64,000 nt of DNA, taken from the NCBI GenBank assembly GCA_964016885.1, contig OZ024746.1:3596001-3660000 (forward strand). Reading direction: 5' to 3'. Of the stretch, positions 55,218-64,000 are shown piece after piece. Origin of the DNA: Eledone cirrhosa (Eukaryota). A program made the translations under genes and the position numbers. Within the stretch, counting starts at the first letter, position 1. Each line of letters starts with the position of its first letter. A model generated the notes under the pieces. It did not search any database and was not told where the DNA came from. It saw nothing but the letters and a program-made list of their open reading frames with translations.

Positions 55218-55823
55218 CAGAGCATCAGTTGGTGCTACTGGTAACATGTATCCCAGTACAACCTGTCTCATGGTCGGGTCGTTGGCGACTAAACTGGCAA
55301 CCCCACCAAGGTTTCTTGGTGAGGAGGGTGACTTTGGACATCCTGCAGGACTAAAAACAAAACCTGTCAAAGGGCAAAGGAGCTCTTAAGAGTCAATGGC
55401 CATCCAAAATCACTGGGAGAGATGACCCCTTAGCCTTTGTCAAGGCAGAATTCTAGGAGAAGGAAAACTCTGATATAACACCTGCAACCCTGATGGTATC
55501 CAATGATGTTGACTTGTTCTTCTTTTTGGTAAATATCATCTTGGGTAAGAGAGTGGGACTGGCTTTGTGCAGTGCCTTTGCTCACTATAAAAGCTTCACG
55601 GCACAGGCATTGCTTTATATCTGGAGATCTCTCTGCACTTGTCATCACATGGTACCATGGGCCCAGCACTATGTGTCAATAATTGTCACAAGTGTAGTGT
55701 TTGTACCAGAGTTTTCAAGTCGCTGGCTGGACTAAAAAGTCACACTCGTTCAGCGCATCGGTAGGGGTTCTCCTACATGGATATAAAGTAGTGGCCGTAC
55801 TCGAAAACGAGTTGGCAGCCACC
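55218..55823 (+). mobile_element. ~600-bp non-autonomous RTE-derived (bipartite) retroelement
   Basis: RTE-like 5' UTR, C-terminal C2H2 remnant [17 protein letters not shown], and an end at GGCAGCCACC followed by (TATG)n. Four copies in the window. Confidence 0.7.
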
Positions 55824-56314
55824 ATATATGTATGTATATGTATGTATGTATGTATGTATGTGTATGTATGTATGTATATGTATGTATGTATGTATGTGTA
55901 TGTATGTATATGTGTATGTATGTATATATATGTATGTATGTATCTGTGTATATATGTGTATATGTATGTATCTGTGTATATGTATATATATGTATGTATG
56001 TATCTATGGAGATATGTGTATGTATGTATATATATATGTATGTGTGTATATATGTATGTGTGTATGTTTGTATATGTATGTATGTATATATATGTATGTA
56101 TGTATGTATATATATGTATGTGTGTATGTATGTATATGTATATGTGTATGAATGTATATGTGTATATGTATGTATGTATATGTATGTATGTGTATATGTA
56201 TGTATGTATATGTATGTATATGTGTATGTATGTATATGTATATGTATATGTATATCTATATGTATATGAATGTGTATATGTATGTATGTATATGTATATA
56301 TGTATGTATATGTG

Positions 56315-56345
<31 letters not shown>

Positions 56346-56943
56346 GTGTATGTATATGTATGTATGTATGTATATGTATATGTATGTATGTGTATGTATA
56401 TATATGTATATGTGTATGTATGTATGTATATATCTGTATATATATGTGTGTATATGTATGTGTGTATGTATATGTATATGTATGTATATGTATATATGTG
56501 TGTGTATGTATATGTGTGTATGTATATGTATATATGTGTGTATGTATGTATATATGTATGTATATGTATATGTGTGTGTATGTATATGTGTATGTATGTA
56601 TGTATGTGTATATGTTTGTATATGTATATATGTGTGTGTGTATGTATATATATGTGTATGTGTGTATGTATATATGTATGTATGTGTATATATATGTATG
56701 TATATATATGTATATGTGTATGTATATGTATGTGTGTATGTATGTGTATATATGTATATATGTATGTATGTGTATGTATGTATATGTATATATATGTATG
56801 TATGTGTATATATGTATGTATATATATATGTGTATATGTATATGTGTATATGTGTGTATGTATGTATATGTATGTGTTTGTATATGTGTATATATGTATG
56901 TATATGTATATATGTATGTATATATATCTATATATATATATGT
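55824..56943. repeat. ~1.1-kb degenerate (TATG/TA/TG)n array between two RTE-derived elements
   Basis: Direct reading of the sequence. Confidence 0.97.
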
Positions 56944-57548
56944 CAGGTCACCAGTTGGTGCTACTGGTAACATGTATCCCAGTACAACCTGTCTCATGGT
57001 CGGGTCGTTGGCGAATAAACTGGCAACCCCACCAAGATTTCTTGGTGAGGAGGGTGGCTTTGGACATCCTGCAGGACTAAAAACAAAACCTGTCAAAAGG
57101 CAAAGGGGCTCTTAAGAGGCAATAGCCATCCAAAATCACCGGGAGAGATGACCCCTTAGCCTTTGTCAAGGCAGAATTCTAGGAGAAGGAAAACTCTGAT
57201 ATAACACCTGCAACCCTGATGGTATCCAATGATGTTGAATTGTTCTTCTTTTTGGTAAATATCATCTTGGTTAAGAGAGTGGAATGGCTTTGTGCAGTGC
57301 CTTTGCTCACTAAAAAAGCTTCACAGCACAGGCATTGCTTTATATCTGGATATCTCTCTGCACTTGTCGTCACATGGTACCATGGGCCCAGCACTATGTG
57401 TCAATGATTGTCACAGGTGTAGTGTTTGTACCAGAGTTTTCAAGTCGCTAGCTGGACTAAAAAGTCACATTCGTTCAGCGCATTGGTAGGGGTTCTCCTA
57501 CATGGATATAAAGTAGTGGCCGTACTCGAAAACGAGTTGGCAGCCACC
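56944..57548 (+). mobile_element. Second full copy of the ~600-bp RTE-derived element
   Basis: Colinear with 55218-55823. Confidence 0.7.
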
Positions 57549-57600
57549 ATATATGTATGTATGTATGTTGTTCGGTTTTATGTATATATATTTAATTGAT

Positions 57601-57660
57601 TTACAAACGTTTCTATCAATACAGTAAGAAAATATATATCGCCTGTATTGATTTCTTCAG
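57601..57660 (-). ncRNA. Hammerhead-like motif lacking a paired helix I
   Basis: CTGAAGA, a 10-bp helix II (ATCAATACAG/CTGTATTGAT), then GAA-ACGT-T. Confidence 0.5.
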
Positions 57661-58713
57661 AACATAAATATAAATAACATAATTATATAAATAACATAAT
57701 TATATCACAACATAAATAACATAATTATATAACAACATAAATAGCATAATTATATAACAACATAAATGACATAAATTATTTACCAGCAACAAAGTCAAAC
57801 AAATTAATATCTTTATAACTAATATATTTTAATTGCGTCTTTAGTCTTCCATAAGTTTTAACGTTTCCCCAGCTTTATTTTAAATTTGTTTATTTTTCGG
57901 AATGGAGATGTAGCAAATACGTGTTGATAGTAATTGTTTACAAATGGTACTTGATATATTGACAATATTTGTTATTTAGGAATCAATATAATAGATTGCC
58001 GTTTGTCTCAAAGACGGAAATTGACAAATTAAATTAATTATACACACAATCTATTTTATTTTAACAACCATACTTGTTCTTTCCCTCCCTCCCCTCTTTT
58101 TCACATTTCTTTTCACAAAAGACTGTATTGTTGGAATAAATATAATTACTTTTTTTTTTATTTCCGTAGCTTATTCATAAATAGAAAAATAATAAAGTCA
58201 TATAAAAACCAAAGAGAAAAGTATATTTTAGCTTAATTAGCAACTCAAAGAAAATTATTAGAAATGTATTATGTAAAGTTAGGACATTGAAGGAGAAAGA
58301 CAATTTGAGAGAGACAGAGTAGATAAAGGAAGAGAAGGAATAAGAGACGCCGTTCTGAACACATACACACACACATACATATACATACATAGGTACTCAC
58401 ACATATACATACCAACACATACCCACATATTCATACTCGTATATATACACACATTTTCAGAAAATTCGACAACGTCTTTTGAAATACGAAGTAGAATAAA
58501 CCTGCTGCTGCACAACATGGTAAACATCCGGTTCCTTTATATTCTTTAACATCACCAGAAAAGGAATATTTTCTTGAAAGATTTGTGTGAGATTGAAATT
58601 TCGATGAATTTGGGTCGAATATGCTGTGTTGTTTATCCGTTTACTTTTCGTACATATCATCATCATCATCATCATCGTTCAACGGCCATCTTCCACGCTA
58701 GCATGGGTTCGAC

Positions 58714-58794
<81 letters not shown>

Positions 58795-59122
58795 GAAAAG
58801 ATTCAGGACCTCAACGGCTGAGCTCCGGTCGTTTCGACAGCTAGATCCGAACTCAGTTCGGATCTGAATCTTTTCCTATTACCCACTCTACTCACCAACT
58901 ATTGAGTACTCTGGTGCGTTATGGTCCACCTTGTATCTTACCACACCCTCTTTGTTATAAGTATATATATATATATATGTGTGTGTGTATATATATGTAC
59001 ATGCATGTACATATGCATATAACACACACACACACACACACATATATTATACACATACACACACACACACATCTATATATTCATATACGTATATATGTAT
59101 ATATGCTATATGTCTATCCAGC

Positions 59123-59237
<115 letters not shown>

Positions 59238-59726
59238 TAGTAATAATAAATGTGAAGACTAAAATCCAAAGAGGGCTCGATAAGGATAAATATATATCAA
59301 ATATATAAAAACCGTAGAGCAAATATTTATTAAAATAACAGATTAAAGTTTAAGCAAAGAATCGCTGCTTTCACCCTTAACGGGATCTTCAGAAGATCCC
59401 GTTAAGGTTGAAAGCAGCGATTCTTTGCTCAAACTTTAATCTGTTATTTTAATAAATATATATATATATTTCATACATACATACATGATGATGATGGCTG
59501 CAACTCGATTTAGAGTAATGCCATTGCTTGATACTTAAGCATGAGCATTACAGACGTGGCTGTTTAGACCTGCTAGGGGCTTGCCCATGGCCGGCAATAC
59601 CACATATCAAGCGATGCCTGGGCTTGACATTTTTTTAAAGTGAAGAAAGCTATTTTTGCACGGAGCCAATCCCACTTTCTAAACATCGAATGCATTTACC
59701 CACATACATACATCATACATATACAT

Positions 59727-60355
59727 AATATGAAAGAGTACTGGTGGAATGTTCCAGTAAAAACCTCAATAAAATGCAGGCATAACAGACCAAATATAAT
59801 GATATGGCACAGGGAAAAGAAGGCATGCACAGTAGTGGAAGTTAACTGCCCAACAGATGCCAATATAATATCAAAGATTAGCGAAAAGGAGAATATTTAT
59901 GCAGAACTAATGAGAAATCTACAGATACTCCACCCTGACTATACCTTCAGATCTATGCCTGTGATTATTGGGGCACTAGGGTATGTTAGTAACTGCCTCA
60001 ATACAAATCTTGAGAAGCTGGGCTTCACATGAACAGAAAGAACACAACTAGTTAGGAAATTACAAGTACAATCCATTAATGGAACAGTAAAAATATGTAA
60101 AACATTCCAAACATTTTGCATCTAATAACTGCATATACACATGTACAGATACAAAGCATATACACATACACACATACAACTCAAAACATACACATCCACA
60201 AATACAATAACATCCATATCTACACATACAGACATACATACATATCTACCTAGTTGATGTTGTGTAAATTCCAATGAGAGAGTCTTGTGTCTATGTTAGA
60301 AACCGACTCTCTCTCTCTATTGGGAAAACTTTGTGAAATTATAAAACCAGAAGAA
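59727..60355 (+). mobile_element. RLE LINE family B 3' portion (endonuclease domain and 3' UTR)
   Basis: EYWWNVPVKTSIKCRHNRPNIMIW...VEVNCP...KENIY...CKTF is homologous to family A, but the nucleotide sequence and 3' UTR differ. Flanked by CATA repeats. Confidence 0.87.
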
Positions 60356-60438
60356 CATACATACATACACACATACATACATACATATATACATACATAC
60401 ATACATACATACATACATACATACATACATACATACAT

Positions 60439-62401
60439 CAGGAAAAAACAACAAAGAATCGCAGAAACATGACTGTCGTGTGGCTGGACTATCAAAAAGC
60501 ATTTGATAGTGTACCTCATGGGTGGATTGTTAAGGCTTTACAGTTAGCTAAAGTCCCACAACCATTGGTAGCTGCTGTTGAACGCCTAACCAAGGACTGG
60601 TACACCAGTTTGATCCTTAGAGGTGAGAAGGAGCAGGTTAAGACTGATAAGATACATTACCAGAAGGGCATCTTTCAGGGTGATAGCTTGTCAGTGCTAC
60701 TCTTCGTTCTCTCACTGAATCCACTATCTTACCTACTCAGGAAACAAGGTGGACAAAGAAGTGGGACCAGAAGTATCTCCCATCTTTTCTTTGTTGATGA
60801 CCTGAAGTTGTATGGGCCAAATATCAATGACATCAAGAAACAATTGGACCTCATTACACAATTTTCAACCGACATCAAAATGAAATTTGGTGAGTCCAAG
60901 TGTGCATATTTGGCAGTAAAACGTGGAAGAGCTGTGCCCTCCTCTAGAAATCTAGAGATGAACGGCCTGACAATACAACCTCTGCAGTCAGGTGACAACT
61001 ACAGATATCTTGGACAGGATGAGAATGTCAGATATGATGGACCCATAAATAAGGAGAGAACCAGAACTGAATACCTCAGAAGAGTAAAGAAAATATGGTC
61101 ATCAGAACTGTCAGCATACAACAAATACATTGCCCACAATACTTATGCTGTGCCAATTCTAACGCCAACATTTGGCCTACTGAACTGGTCATTGCAAGAA
61201 CTAAGTGAGATGGATGTTAGAACTCGAAAACTTCTCAGTGTTACTGGGAACTTTAACATCAATGGTGATGTGGATAGGCTATACTTCTCACGCAAGGAAG
61301 ATGGCCGGGGTCTAAAATCAATATTAACAACATATGAGACCCGGATAGTGACACTGAAGCAACACCTTCAACAGAGGAAAAAGGTTGGCAACCATCTTGC
61401 CCAGGTTTATGACCATGAAAAAAGAAATATCATTAGAATAGCGACTGATCTGGAGGAGAGATATGGAATAAAGCCTGATATAAATCTCTCACCCAGAGAA
61501 ATCGGAAGATCCTATTCAATGTTCAAACAAGATAAAAAAATTGACCAATTTACAGAAAAAGTTGTGCATGGATACTTGAGGCGTAAAACACAGACCATAG
61601 AGGGGATAAACCACTCAAAAAGCCTGGCATGGAGTTCCGACAAGTTTATGACATCACACCTTGAGGGATATCTCTATGCAATACAGGAACAAGAACTCCC
61701 TACCAAATATCTGCTGCACAAAAGAGGAGGGCCAGCAGCTGACAATAAATGTAGGCTATGTAAAACATAGATCGAGGATGTAAGCCACATTGTTGCCAGC
61801 TGCGAAAGAATGTCATCTCGCTACTACCTCCCCATGAGACACGATGGGATAGCTAGAACCATCTGGAACGCACTTCGGAAAACAAAATTAACAACAAACG
61901 AGGAAGAATATATTGAGACAGATGGCACTAAGGAATACTGGTGGAACCTGAAAATAAAAACTGCCACCAAATTAAAGCACAACCGGCCTGATATTGTAGT
62001 TTGGGACCACACATTGAAAACGTGTTCTGTTGTGGAGATCAGCTGCCCACTTGATGTAAACGTTGTCAGAAAAATACAGGAGAAGGAGGACATCTACGGA
62101 CCATTGATGAGGAGTTTACAAATCCAGTATCCAAGATACACCTTTAGCTTCATACCCATCATTATTGGTGCTACGGGTTATATACCAACCCGCTTGGACC
62201 AAAGTATGACTGAACTTGGATTTGTGGACAAAAAGCGCAGCTCCCTAATTCATAGTCTACAAATGGCTGCGATAGCTGGCACCTTCAAAATTTGCAAAAC
62301 ATTCTTGCGATTCAAGGGATGACAATTTCTTTTCTTTTACAACCTTGCCACCAGGAAGGTGGCCGGTCAAAAAAATATACTCGAAATTAAGAGAAAGAGA
62401 A
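60439..62401 (+). mobile_element. 5'-truncated R4/Dong-clade RLE non-LTR retrotransposon (family A) in (CATA)n
   Basis: RT, CCHC and PD-(D/E)xK domains with an ~80-nt 3' UTR. (CATA)n lies immediately on both sides. Confidence 0.9.
60469..62322 (+). pseudogene. RT-CCHC-RLE ORF of family A, interrupted by one in-frame TAG (61768-61770)
   Basis: RT motifs DYQKAFDSVPH, GIFQGDSLS, SHLFFVDDLKLY, YRYLG. CRLC-X8-H-X4-C spans the stop, followed by RHD and HNRPDIVVWD...EISCP...K. ORFs 60469-61770 and 61810-62322 share one frame. Confidence 0.92.
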
Positions 62402-62728
62402 CACATACATACATACATACATACATTCACGCATACATACATACATACATGCATACATACATACATACATACATACATACATACATACATACATACACAC
62501 ATACATACATACATACTGCGTTATTATATCCAAACTATCTGACGTTTTAGGCGTCTGTGAAACTTTAATAATGCATACCTCAGTCAAACTGTTAATAATA
62601 CTATTTAACATCCACATCATGTTGAATGATCTAATCTTTCATGTATACATCCTATTCACTCATCCACTTATTCGCTCTGTCTCCGGACACACACATATGT
62701 ATTATGTGTGTATATACATATATATATG

Positions 62729-62797
<69 letters not shown>

Positions 62798-63585
62798 GCA
62801 TATACATGTATATACACACATACATATGTGTGTGTGTGTAGGTGGGATGCCTTTTAGTCAGTTTTAATTTTAACTCTTTCATTCCTAAATCTTATGTATT
62901 TCCTGTTAACTACATAATTTCCAGAATTTTTTTCTCACATAACCAAACGTTATGTTATTTACAGTGTATATTCAAGATATTATACTATATTTTATTCAAT
63001 TACTACATTAAAATGAACTAAAGTATAAGTTTGTGCTACCAGTAGCAATTATTCTGTTTGTACAATGTGCCACCCGGCACAAATTAATAGCCGACACACT
63101 CGCTTGTGGTGGTGTTTCCTCTCTGAAGACCTTCTGCTGTCTAACTCCCCTGAGAGTTTCTTAGTACCAAGTTTGTGCTAGCGATGTATTTGATATCAGA
63201 AGTAATCACTCAGTTTGTTCAATCTGTCACAGTTTCAATTTCTAGTTGAAGCCATTTTAACTGACTTTCAACAACAATGTCCCTTCCGGAAGAAATTTAC
63301 TGTGGTCAGACTTGGTATGATGGATCTACAAAATAGATTATCAAGAATTAGATATTCAAGGCGCTCTGTAATTTACAAAGGAGTTGAAAGTCCAAGCTGT
63401 CGTCGTATTGGTTTCCATATGAATAAATTATATAAAAAATTATGTAAATAATTATATAAATTATATAATTATATAAATTGCGATCCACTTTATTGATTAT
63501 GCAATCCAACACTTGGGGTTACTGCAATATTGTTAGCCCAGAATTTCCAAAATATAGACTTCCCACGATGAAAATTTAATGAGGA

Positions 63586-63620
63586 ACTAGCGGAATGGCC
63601 CGGCGTTGCTCGGGATTTGC
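63586..63620 (-). mobile_element. Helitron 3' terminus
   Basis: Minus strand shows a CCCGAGCAACGCCGGG hairpin, 8 nt, then CTAG followed by T. Confidence 0.7.
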
Positions 63621-63757
63621 TCTAGGGTTCTTATATATTTGATATATATTTATCCTTATCGAGCCTCGTGAAATAAATACGTTTGTTTATATTTTGTTAT
63701 TGTGTATGCAAAAATATCTGTACACGATTATATAATTATATATATATATATATATAT

Positions 63758-63958
63758 ATTATTAGAAATGTAAGCTATCACCGTATTTTGACTAAAGAAA
63801 TTAAAGAAATTATTTAGCCTAATAGTGGGGTTAAGAACCCTCGGAGAAATGGAAATTTCACAAATGTTTCTCCGAGGGTTCTTAACCCCACTATCAGGCT
63901 AAATAATTTCTTTAATTTCTTTAGTCAAAATACGGGGATAGCTTACATTTCTAATAAT
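63758..63958. repeat. Inverted repeat with ~92-bp arms next to (TA)n
   Basis: ATTATTAGAAATGTAAGC...CTCGGAGAAA / TTTCTCCGAG...TTCTAATAAT. Confidence 0.85.
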
Positions 63959-64000
63959 TTCAAACCCACTCGCTGTTTCGAAAATATTCTTACTTGATAT

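Noticed and set aside
55701-57115. YVCM/HTYI-type ORFs here and throughout the window
   Set aside because: Translations of (TATG)n, (TA)n and (CA)n.

Overview
This is AT-rich, microsatellite-saturated eukaryotic DNA. The SINE and repeat content suggests an octopus-like cephalopod (inference). No host protein-coding gene can be supported, and nearly all listed ORFs are simple-repeat artefacts. The window is dominated by retroelements that sit inside specific microsatellites. (1) An intact two-ORF Tx1/L1-clade LINE (26068-31909) and a truncated tandem copy lie in (ATCT)n, and a second, decayed Tx1 family lies on the minus strand. (2) Two families of R4/Dong-type restriction-like-endonuclease (RLE) LINEs are always found in (CATA)n with the same orientation and the same 3' phase. 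(3) A ~600-bp RTE-derived non-autonomous element is always embedded in (TATG)n. (4) Many Penelope-like (PLE) pseudo-LTR fragments sit in (TA)n, carry type I hammerhead ribozymes with an unusual U.U pair closing helix II, and form about 17 fold-back palindromes. One of these palindromes copied flanking DNA. Also present are tRNA-derived Nin-core SINEs with target-site duplications (TSDs), RTE and Helitron remnants, minisatellites (one amplified from RTE coding sequence) and a three-unit hammerhead/microsatellite tandem array. All alignments were done by eye and boundaries are approximate.
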